Assembly (NCBI GenBank): GCA_002269645.1 | Contig: NIVC01003608.1 | Coordinates: 1-64,000, forward strand | DNA length: 64,000 nucleotides | Reading direction: 5' to 3' | DNA from: Macrostomum lignano | Taxonomy: Eukaryota | Part shown: piece by piece, positions 43,701 through 55,700 of the stretch | Numbering within the stretch: position 1 is the stretch's first letter | Layout of the letters: each line of letters starts with the position of its first letter | The notes under the pieces: generated by a model | Told to the model about the DNA's origin: nothing | Database searches by the model: none | What the model saw: the letters and a program-made list of their open reading frames with translations, nothing else | Position numbers and translations under genes: made by a program

Positions 43701-46700
43701 CTCCCTTCCCCTCTCACCCTCTCTCCCTCTCCTCTCTCCCTCTCTCCCCCTCCCCTTCTCTCTCTTTCCCTCTCTCCTCTCACCCTCTCCCCTCTCTCCC
43801 TCTCTCCTAATTTCTTTTCTCTTAAAACCCATCAACTCTCTGTGCTTCATCTAACCCTTCTCCCGTCATCCCATTCTCGACTTCTGCTTCCCGACCCTCT
43901 CTCACAGTGATATTAATAATTTAGCTCCCAGTTGATGTATCCCAAAATTCACAAGCCAACTCGCAATGAATAGAGTCGTTTTGACTTGCAGCTGCCTGCC
44001 AATGCACTATGAGCACTGGGCTAAATGCTGTCCAGACAGGAAATTGGCAAAATACAATTTGGATAGACAATCAGAAGCCGGAGTAACTGCCTATTCGCTT
44101 AACCAAAATGGCGCCACACAGCTTAGCAATAATTAGAAAACATTTCCCGGTGACTTAATGTTTAGTCCGCGTAACTATCGTCACTCATTCTCCGGTGTGC
44201 TGTCAGCTCCCTTCACTCATTCTCCGGTGTGCTGTCAGCTCCCTTCACTCATTCTCCGGTGTGCTGTCAGCTCCCTTCACTCATTCTCAGGTGTGCTGTC
44301 AGCTCCCTTCAGTCACTCACCGGTGTTGCTGTCAGCTCCATTCACTCACTCACCGGTGTTGCTGTCAGCTCCATTCACTCACTCACCGGTGTTGCTGTCA
44401 GCTCCCCTCACTCACTCACCGGTGTACTGTCAGCTCCCTTCACTCACTCACCGGAGTGCTGTCAACTTCCTTTCATTCACTCACCGGTGTGCTGTCAACT
44501 TCCTTTCACTCACTCACCGGTGTGCTGTCAACTTCCTTTCACTCACCGGTGTGCTGTCAGCTCCCTTCACTCACCGGTGTTGCTGTCAGCTCCCTTCACA
44601 CTCACCGGTGTGCTGTCAGCTCCCTTCACTCACCGGTGTAAGCTCCATAGATGATCACGGTGAATAGCCACCAGAAGACCATCACTGCCCGAGGTGACAT
44701 TGCGTAGGGATAAAAGTCCTGGCCCTGCTGCAGGAAGCTGCCTATGCAGCTCCAGATGTACTCCTGCAGCCACACCTCGTCGGCGATGGCGAACTCCAGT
44801 TGCAGATTCCAAGCCGAGAACGGGCTGAAGTAGGCCAGGGCGAAGATTGTCAGCGAGGCTACCGCGAGAGCTGCCAGAACTGCCAGCCAGGTATCCGGGT
44901 GAAGCGGCGAGAAGATGTTCCACAGCTTGCTGGCGGGGGCCGGCCGCGGCAGCAGCAGGGTGAAGGCGTCCTCGAACAGGGTGTAGCCGAAGTCCACCAC
45001 GCGGGAGCGAGAGGCCGACTTGGTGAACGTAGTGGCGCCGAACACCACCGACTGCGGAGCGATGCGAACTCTATGCCAGACTCTATGCCAGACTCTATGC
45101 CAGACTCTATGCCAGACTCTATGCCAGACTCTATGCCAGACTCTATGCCAGACTCTATGCCAGACTCTATGCCAGACTCTATGCCAGACTCTATGCCAGA
45201 CTCTACGCTAGACTCTATGCCAGACTCTATGCCAGACTCTATGCCAGACTCTATGCCAGACTCTGTGGCAAACTCTGTGGCAGACTCTACTAGTATACCA
45301 GACTCTATGCCAGACTCTATGCCAGACTCTATGCCAGACTCTATGCCAGACTCTGTGCCAGACTCTGTGCCAGACTCTGTGCCAGACTCTATGCCAGACT
45401 CTATGCCAGACTCTATGCCAGACTCTATGCCAAACTGTATGCCAGACTCTACTAGTATATCAGACTCTATGCCAGACTATATTATACCATACTATGCCAG
45501 ACTCTATGCCAGGTCTTTATCAGATGAATGCCAGATCTATTCAGCATCTATCCAGCATCTATCCAGCATCTATCCAGCATCTATTCAGAATCTATCCAGC
45601 AATTAATCTCAATCTCAAACTCAACCTCAATCTCATTTTCAATCTAAATCTCAATCTTAATCTCAACCTCACCCTAAATTTCATTTTCAGTCTCAATCTT
45701 AATCTTAATCTCAATCTCAATCTCAATCTCAATCTCAATCTCAATCTTAATCTCAATCTCAATCTCAATCCCAATCTCAACCTCAATCTCAATCCCAATC
45801 TCAACCTCAATCTCTATCTCAATCTCAATCTCAATCTCAATCTCAATCTCAACCTTAATCTCAATCTCAATCTCAATCTCAATCTCAATCCCAATCTCAA
45901 CCTCAATCCCAATCTCAACCTCAATCTCTATCTCAATCTCAATCTCAATCTCAATCTCAATGTCAATCTCAATCTCAATCTCAATCTCAATCTCAATCTC
46001 AATCTCAATCTCAATCCCAATCTCAATCTCAATCTCAATCTCAATCTCAATCTCAATCTCAACCTCAATCTCAATCTCAATCTCAATCCCAACCTCAATC
46101 TCAATCTCAACCTCAATCTCAATCTCAATCTCAATCTCAACCTCAATCTCAATCTCAATCTCAATCTCAACCTCAATCTCAATCCCAATCTCAACCTCAA
46201 TCTCAATCTCAATCTCAATCTCAACCTCAATCTCAATCTCAACCTCAATCTCAATCTCAATCTCAATCTCAATCTCAATCTCAATCTCAATCTCAATCTC
46301 AACCTCAATCTCAATCTCAATCTCAATCTCAATCTCAATCTTAATCTCAATCTCAATCTCAATTTCAATCTCAATCTCAATTTCAATCTCAATCTCAATC
46401 TCAATCTCAACCTCAATCTCAATCTCAATCTCAATCACAATCCCAATCACAATCTCAATCTCAAACTCAATCTAAATCTCAATCTCAACCTCCACCTCAA
46501 TCTCAATGTTTGGCAGGTAAGCACACAGGAGCAACCATCACCTGGTTCTGAACCTCTCCAATGCAGCCTGAAGCGTAGGTCTGCCCGTCCTCGACGTTGC
46601 CCCAGAGGCCGTCATCTGACTGCTTCAATATGTAGCTGAAATGGTCATGGAATGTTTCTAATATCGTTGTGACACTGCTTTTCAATCTCTTCTTAGCCGG

Positions 46701-49700
46701 GCTCACTTGAACTCCATCTTCTCCTTCAAATATTCCAGAAGTTCCAGAACCATCCCAGTGATCTCTACGGTGTTGTTCGGGTACACCTTCGTGACCTTGA
46801 CGAATGGCTGAAACTGAAATTGTCGGGAAAATCAGGAGAGTTTCAGGAAAAGTATATAAGTATCAAGAAAATGTCAGGAACATCACATCAGTAGGGTGTC
46901 AAAAACATCATTAGGGTGTCAGAATCATCAGTAGGGTGTAAAAAACATCAGTAGGGTGTCAGAATCATCAGTAGGGTGTAAAAAACATCAGTAGGGTGTC
47001 AGAATCATCAGTAGGGTGTCAGGAACACCAGTAGGGTGTCAGAATCATCAGTAGGGTGTCAAAAACATCAGTAGGGTGTCAGAATCATCAGTAGGGTGTC
47101 AGGAACACCAGTAGGGTGTCAGAATCATCAGTAGGGTGTCAGGAACACCAGTAGGGTGTCAGGAACATCACATCAGTAGGGTGTCAGGAACATCACATCA
47201 GTAGGGTGTCAGAATCATCAGTAGGGTGTCAGAATCATCAGTAGGGTGTCAGGAACATCACATCAGTAGGGTGTCAGGAACATCACATCAGTAGGGTGTC
47301 AGAATCATCAGTAGGGTGTCAGGAACATCACATCAGTAGGGTGTCAGAATCATCAGTAGGGTGTCAAAAACATCAGCAGGGTGTCAGAATCATCAGTAGG
47401 GTGTCAGGAACACCAGTAGGGTGTCAGAATCATCAGTAGGGTGTCAGGAACATCACATCAGTAGGGTGTCAGAATCATCAGTAGGGTGTCAGGAACATCA
47501 CATCAGTAGGGTGTCAGAATCATCAGTAGGGTGTCAAAAACATCAGCAGGGTGTCAGAATCATCAGTAGGGTGTCAGGAACACCAGTAGGGTGTCAGAAT
47601 CATCAGTAGGGTGTCAGGAACATCACATCAGTAGGGTGTCAGAATCATCAGTAGGGTGTCAGGAACATCACATCAGTAGGGTGTCAGAATCATCAGTAGG
47701 GTGTCAAAAACATCAGCAGGGTGTCAGAATCATCAGTAGGGTGTCAGGAACACCAGTAGGGTGTCAGGAACATCACATCAGTAGGGTGTCAGGAACATCA
47801 CATCAGTAGGGTGTCAGGAACATCACATCAGTAGGGTGTCAGAATCATCAGTAGGGTGTCAGAATCATCAGTAGGGTGTCAGGAACATCACATCAGTAGG
47901 GTGTCAGAATCATCAGTAGGGTGTCAGGAACATCACATCAGTAGGGTGTCAGAATCATCAGTAGGGTGTCAGGAACATCACATCAGCAGGGTGTCAGAAT
48001 CATCAGTAGGGTGTCAGGAACACCAGTAGGGTGTCAGGAACATCACATCAGTAGGGTGTCAGGAACATCACATCAGTAGGGTGTCAGAATCATCAGTAGG
48101 GTGTCAGAATCATCAGTAGGGTGTCAGGAACATCACATCAGTAGGGTGTCAGAATCATCAGTAGGGTGTCAGGAACATCACATCAGTAGGGTGTCAGAAT
48201 CATCAGTAGGGTGTCAGGAACATCACATCAGCAGGGTGTCAGAATCATCAGTAGGGTGTCAGGAACACCAGTAGGGTGTCAGGAACATCACATCAGTAGG
48301 GTGTCAGGAACATCACATCAGTAGGGTGTCAGAATCATCAGTAGGGTGTCAGAATCATCAGTAGGGTGTCAGGAACATCACATCAGTAGGGTGTTAGAAT
48401 CATCAGTAGGGTGTCAGGAACATCACATCAGTAGGGTGTCAGAATCATCAGTAGGGTGTCAAAAACATCAGCAGGGTGTCAGAATCATCAGTAGGGTGTC
48501 AGGAACACCAGTAGGGTGTCAGAATCATCAGTAGGGTGTCAAGAACACCAATAGGGTGTCAGAATCATCAGTAGGGTGTCAAAAACATCAGTAGGGTGTC
48601 GAAATCATCAGTAGGGTGTCAGGAACATCAGATCAGTAGGGTGTCAGAATCATCAGTAGGATATCAAAAACACCAGTAGGGTGTCAGAATCATCAGTAGG
48701 GTGTCAAGAACACCAGTAGGGTGTCAGAATCATCAGTAGGGTGTCAGGAACACCAGTAGGGTGTCAGAATCATCAGTAGGGTGTCAGGAACACCAGTAGG
48801 GTGTCAGAATCATCAGTAGGATATCAAAAACACCAGTAGGGTGTCAGAATCATCAGTAGGGTGTCAGAAAAACCAGTAGGGTGTCAAAACATTCGGTGCT
48901 CGGTGAAAGACAGCGAGTCGAGCCTCACATCCATAGTACACAGCAGCAGGGTGTCATTCTTGAACCCGGTGAAGGTGTTGGGAAAAGCCACCGGCTTGCC
49001 CCTGAGCCGGTACAGGTCGGTCAGCCCGCCCGCCGCGTTTCGGCGATCAAATCTACCGGAGCGCACAAAGTGCAGCGGCTCGCTTCGCCTCAGGTTGTAG
49101 GTGGCGTACAAGTCGATGCCGTATTGGCTGTCGAAATGGCGCGTCGTAGCGTTGAAGGAGATGGGGCCGCGCACGGTAGGGTAGTTGCGAATCTAGGAGA
49201 AGATGAGTAGAGGAATTCATCCCCTGTCCCTGTTGAAACGGACTCTGGTGCATTAGCATCCTAGCTCTCTCTCTTACTGGCTGATCAGTCTTTTGTCGGG
49301 CACCACCAGCCCATTGTGTGCAGCCAGTTGAACCCCTCCCGATTCTCATAGCCTAGCCCACCACCCCATTCTGTGCAGCCAGTTGAACCTCTCCCGATTC
49401 TCATAGCCTAGCCCACCACCCCATTCTGTGCAGCCAGTTGAACCCCCCCCCCCGATTCTCATAGCCTAGCCTACCACCCCATTGTGTGCAGCCAGCTGAA
49501 CCTCTCCCGATTCTCATAGCCTAGCCCACCACCCCATTCTGTGCAGCCAGTTGAACCCCCCCCCCGATTCTCATAGCCTAGCCTACCACCCCATTGTGTG
49601 CAGCCAGTTGAACCCCTCCCGATTCTCATAGCCTAGCCTACCACCCCATTGTGTGCAGCCAGCTGAACCTCTCCCGATTCTCATAGCCTAGCCCATTATC

Positions 49701-52700
49701 CCATTCTGTGCAGCCAGTTAAACTCTTCCCGATTCTCATAGCCTAGCCCACCACCCCATTCTGTGCAGCCAGTTGAACCTCTCCCGATTCTCATAGCCTA
49801 GCCTACCACCCCATTCTGTGCAGCCAGTTGAACCTCTCCCGATTCTCATGGCCTAGCCCATTATCCCATTCTGTGCAGCCAGTTAAACTCTTCCCGATTC
49901 TCATAGCCTATCCCACCACCCCATTCTGTGCAGCCAGTTGAACCTCTCCCGATTCTCATGGCCTAGCCCATTATCCCATTCTGTGCAGCCAGTTAAACTC
50001 TTCCCGATTCTCATAGCCTATCCCACCACCCCATTCTGTGCAGCCAGTTGAACCTCTCCCGATTCTCATGGCCTAGCCCATTATCCCATTCTGTGCAGCC
50101 AGTTAAACTCTTCCCGATTCTCATAGCCTAGCCCACCACCCCATTCTGTGCAGCCAGTTGAACCCCTCCCGATTCTCATAGCCTAGCCTACCACCCCATT
50201 CTGTGCAGCCAGTTAAACTCTTCCCGATTCTCATAGCCTAGCCCACCACCCCATTCTGTGCAGCCAGTTGAACCCCTCCCGATTCTCATAGCCTAGCCTA
50301 CCACCCCATTCTGTGCAGCCAGTTAAACTCTTCCCGATTCTCATAGCCTATCCCACCACCCCATTCTGTGCAGCCAGTTGAACCTCTCTCGATTCTCATG
50401 GCCTAGCCCATTATCCCATTCTGTGCAGCCAGTTAAACTCTTCCCGATTCTCATAACCTATCCCACCACCCCATTCTGTGCAGCCAGTTGACCCCTCAAG
50501 ATTAGAAACATAAATTTCCTTTTTCATCGCCTAAAAATCTGGTCAAGCAGCTACACCCATAATTAAAGTTCAGCCAGTCCTAACCCCAGCCAGTTCACGG
50601 TACAGCAGCCTGCCCGTGGACCAGTGAGTGGGGCTGGGGGCAGCTGGGGAGCAGCTAGCGTTGCTCAGCAGGGCGGCGCCAGAAAAGTTGCCAGACAAAA
50701 TCAGCCGATCCAGGGCGAGGCCAACAGATTCGATCGCATCGACCGTTCGAACCTCCAGACTCTGCGGCGGGAGTGCAGTAACGCTAATGTACTATTATGA
50801 GTATAATTGTAAGATCCGATAAGCAACAAAGAAAATTTAGATTTGAAAAATCCTAGTAACAAAGTTTATTTAGTCTCTTAACGTCTGGTGACATGAAACT
50901 AGGCAAAAATACGAAGAACAACACGTCAATACTGTGGGTTCCTTCGGCTAAACTTGAGATTGGGATGAAGGAATAGAAGGAATGAAGAAATTTTCCTATC
51001 GTGGTGGGAACTGAGAGAGAGAGAGGACTGGGAAGGTTGTGCCCGCTGTCAAGTGCACCTATTGCTATTGGGTAATGGAGTTCTAAGTCCGTTGTCTGGA
51101 GAGGGAAAGTTGCTTATCTGTTTCTGTAAGGTTTGCTAGTGGCAATATAATAATACATGCAATTTTTGTAGCAAAAATATTTGGGTCACATCAAAATGTG
51201 AGCCCAAAATCAAATATTGATTTTTCTCCCTGACTCTCCCCTTCCTTCTCCCCAACCCTCTCGTCCCTTCTCCCCTGCCCTCTCCTCCCTTGTCCCCTGC
51301 CCTCTCCTCCCTTCTCCCCAACCCTCTCGTCCCTTCTCCCCAACCCTCTCCTCCCTTCTCCCCTGCCCTCTTCTCCCTTCTCCCCTGCCCTCTCCTCCCT
51401 TCTCCCCTGCCCTCTTCTCCCTTCTCCCCTGCCCTCTCCTCCCTTCTCCCCTGCCCTCTTCTCCCTTCTCCCCTGCCCTCCCTCCCTTCTCCCCTACCCA
51501 ATCTCCACCCTTCTCCCCTGCTCTCCCTCCCTTCTCTCCTGCCCTCTCCTCCCTTCTCCCCAACCCTTTCGTCTCTTCTCCCCTGCCCTCCCTCCCTTCT
51601 CCCCTATCCAATCTCCACCCTTCTCCCCTCCCTCCCTTCTCCCCTACCCAATCTCCACCCTTCTCCCCTGCCCTCCCTCCCTTCTCCCCTGCTCTCCCTC
51701 CCTTCTTCCCAATCCTCTCTATCCATCTCCCCTATAGATCTTATTCGTTTCCTCTCCAGATTTCAGGTCCCCAGTACTCCATTGTCAGTCCGGGCTCTCA
51801 ATATAGAGGCAGCAAAGCTTACAATTAAATTCCTCCCCTTCCCCCCCTCCCCCCAGTTTCATCAGCTCTCTTCCGCCACTCTCTGATATGTATATGCAAG
51901 TTCTTCAACAGGCCATGAACCGCAGCAGCCTGTTTGCACTCTCAGGAAAGCTAGCAGAAGCAGAAGAAATCAAAATGGCAGTTTTGCAACAAGATCCTCT
52001 GAGATTCTCTCTCTGCAGTCGCTACTCCATCGATTCCCACTGGAGGGAACAGTGCTACAGGTCTGAGGTTATCCCAGCTGAACGCTAGAAAACAGGAGGA
52101 CCCATAAAAAGAGCATTTTTGATTTTCTGTTTATGGCTTCCTAGATTTCTAGACCCCATCAAAGTTGGCCACCTCTATTATCGCGGATTAACCAACCGCA
52201 ATAAATGAGCACTTTCGTAGGGCGAAAATCCATTTGTTAGCACTATAGAGAATTTGTTTGGCAGCAAATCCCCTGGGGATAAACTCGCTGATCTGCCATT
52301 ATCCTTTTCGCACCTTGTCCTGAACGGTTTCTGTATGCCTGAGGAAACCCCCAAATCTGAGTGCTAAGGCGCATATTTTTGCAGTTCGTGACGTAGAGGA
52401 GGCTTGAGTGAGTCACGGCACTGATAAGTGAACTGTGTTGAGTGAGTCACGGCACTGATAGGTGAACTGTGTTGAGTGAGTCACGGCACTGACAGGTGAA
52501 CTGTGTTGAGTGAGTCACGGCACTGACAGGTGAACTGTGTTGAGTGAGTCACGGCACTGATAAGTGAACTGTGTTGAGTGAGTCACGGCACTGACAGGTG
52601 AACTGTGTTGAGTGAGTCACGGCACTGATAAGTGAACTGTATTGAGTGAGTCACGGCACTGAGAGGTGAACTGTGTTGAGTGAGTCACGGCACTGATAAG

Positions 52701-55700
52701 CGAACTGTATTGAATGAGTCACGGCACTGATAAGTGAACTGTATTGAGTGAGTCACGGCACTGACAGGTGAACACATTTGTATGCTACGAAAAGTCAATG
52801 TAAACTTTCTCATACGATTGTAAGCATAGTTGAATATATTGATATAATATTGTTTTGAATTTTTGTGTAAAAGCAAAGATGTAGAGGTGTACACCTGCCG
52901 GCCCAGTTCTGCAAAATCTATGAAGTTTACATTTCAAAATACCAACTGTCGGCCGCTCTATAGGCTAATCCCATGCTAATCTGGCACCCACACTGCATGC
53001 ACGGATACCAAAATTCTGTGAATAAATTCTGGACTTAAAAACAATTTACGACGCCGCCCGCTCAACTCCAGGGTAGTCAAAATCCAACCCATTGTTAAGC
53101 TTGGGCTGTTTGTCAATATAGATAGAAACTAACGACCAGGTTTAATTAGCTGTCTATGCTAATTAGCGCAGTTCAACTGCCGTTTGAAAGCAGGAATGAT
53201 TCTCGTTTCAGATACTATATCAGATACCCTGATCCTCATTCTACTTAAATCCTATGAACGGAAATTCCTAATCTACCTTGATGCCCAATCTACCTTGATC
53301 CCCAATCTATCTTGATCCCCAATCTATCTTGATCCCCAATCTACCTTGATCCCCAATCTATCTTGATCCCCAATCTATCTTGATCCCCAATCTACCTTGA
53401 TCCCCAATCTATCTTGATGCCCAATCTACCTTGATCCCCAATCTATCTTGATCCCCAATCTATCTTGATCCCCAATCTACCTTGATCCCCAATCTATCTT
53501 GATCCCCAATCTACCTTGATCCCCAATCTACCTTGATCCCCAATCTATCTTGATCCCCAATCTATCTTGATCCTCAATCTACCTTGATCCCCAATCTACC
53601 TTGATCCCCAATCTACCTTGATCCCCAATCTATCTTGATCCCCAATCTACCTTGATCCCCAATCTATCTTGATGCCCAATCTACCTTGATCCCCAATCTA
53701 TCTTGATCCCCAATCTATCTTGATCCCCAATCTACCTTGATCCCCAATCTATCTTGATCCCCAATCTACCTTGATCCCCAATCTACCTTGATCCCCAATC
53801 TATCTTGATCCCCAATCTATCTTGATCCTCAATCTACCTTGATCCCCAATCTACCTTGATCCCCAATCTACCTTGATCCCCAATCTACCTTGATCCCCAA
53901 TCTACCTTGATCTCCAATCTACCTTGATCCCCAATCTACCTTGATCCCCAATCTACCTTGATCCCCAATCTACATTGATCCCCAATCTACCTTGATCCCC
54001 AATCTACATTGATCCCCATAAACAGCAATCCCCAATCTACATTGATCCCATAAACAGCAATCCTCAATCTACCTTGATCCCATCGGTGAGCAGTCGGGGA
54101 AGACATCCAGCGCCCCAGCCGGGCAGTTCCCGTTGCCATCCAAGCCGAAGGTGCCGCCCCTCGCCAGCAGCAGGTTAACATTGGGTCTGGCCGCGGGAGA
54201 CGCCAGCAGGTCGGCGGGAGTCAGCCCGGTGTCCAGCACCAACCAGAAGTAGTTCTGCTGCAGCAGGCCAGGCGCAGTCGCCGCCGCAGTCGCCAAGACT
54301 TGTCGCAGTTCCGCCGGAGACAGCAGGGTGACAATGTGGCGAATCTTGGCTGACTGGGACAGCTGCGCCAGCTGCTGCTGCTGCCGCGGTCCACTCTGTA
54401 TGAGCAGACTGAAGCTGCTGATGCCGCCTCCGGTGAGTCTGAGCAGCAGCTGCTCAACTACACTGATGTCTGCCATGCGGATTTTCAGATATGGGATGCA
54501 GATTATCAGGTATGGGATATGGATTGTCAGATATGGAATGCGGATTACCATATATGGGATTTTCGGATATGGGATGCGGATTATCAAATTTAAAAAACCT
54601 GAGGAATTAAAAAAATCAATTTTTTTTCAATATACATGTAAGCATAAGAGTTCATATTCTAGAATTGAGAGCATATACGAGCTACGACTATACGCAAAGG
54701 CATCAAATTAACAAAATTATCTCACCCTGATTTCGATCGAACAGAACAGCGGCCTCGGATGCTCCGGCAGACAGCAGAGCAGCCAGGGTCGCTTCGATGA
54801 AGTCATCGCTCTGCTGACTGCCAACCAGCCCCAGGCCTGCGGAGCGGGCGGCGCGGTGGCGATGAGTTGAGTGACATGAGGAGTGACAGGTTGTGGGTGG
54901 GAGTGACAGGTTGTGGGTGGGAGTGACAGGTTGTGGGTGGGAGTGACAGGTTGTGGGTGGGAGTGACAGGTTGTGGGTGGGAGTGACAGGTTGTGGGTGG
55001 GAGTGACAGGTTGTGGGTGGGAGTGACAGGTTGTGGGTGGGAGTGACAGGTTGTGGGTGGGAGTGACAGGTTGTGGGTGGGAGTGACAGGTTGTGGGTGG
55101 GAGTGACAGGGTGTGGGTGGGAGTGACAGGTTGTGGGTGGGAGTGACAGGGTGTGGGTGGGAGTGACAGGTTGTGGGTGGGAGTGACAGGGTGTGGGTGG
55201 GAGTGACAGGTTGTGGGTGGGAGTGACAGGTTGTGGGTGGGAGTGACAGGGTGTGGGTGGGAGTGACAGGTTGTGGGTGGGAGTGACAGGTTGTGGGTGG
55301 GAGTGACAGGGTGTGGGTGGGAGTGACAGGTTGTAAGTGGGAGTGACAGGTTGTGGGTGGGAGTGACAGGTTGTGGGTGGGAGTGACAGGTTGTGGGTGG
55401 GAGTGACAGGTTGTGGGTGGGAGTGACAGGGTGTGGCTGGGAGAGTGACAGGACAGGGTGTGGCTGGGAGAGTGACAGGACAGGGTGTGGCTGGGAGAGT
55501 GACAGGACAGGGTGTGGCTGGGAGAGTGACAGGACGGTTGTGGCTGGGAGAGTGACAGGACAGGGTGTGGCTGGGAGAGTGACAGGACGGTTGTGGCTGG
55601 GGACGCAGGAATGTTTGAAAAGTTGTTTTTCAAAAGTTGGCTTCAAGGCGCACCGGTCGCCACGTCCTGACGGCAGAGGCCGCTGGGCACCCCGATGAAG

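Noticed and set aside
46885-48892. TAGGG-containing array as interstitial telomere
   Set aside because: The unit is 20-25 bp with a single TAGGG and no (TTAGGG)n runs.
52406-52775. GAGTCACGGCA in each unit matches the 3' end of eukaryotic tRNA-His (possible primer-binding relic)
   Set aside because: Only 11 nt, in the sense rather than complementary orientation, with no CCA or LTR context; compatible with chance.
52895-52908. 14-nt micro-exon using the stronger CAG|GTGTAC donor
   Set aside because: It does not restore frame between iGluR exons 4 and 5; only the 16-nt version would.
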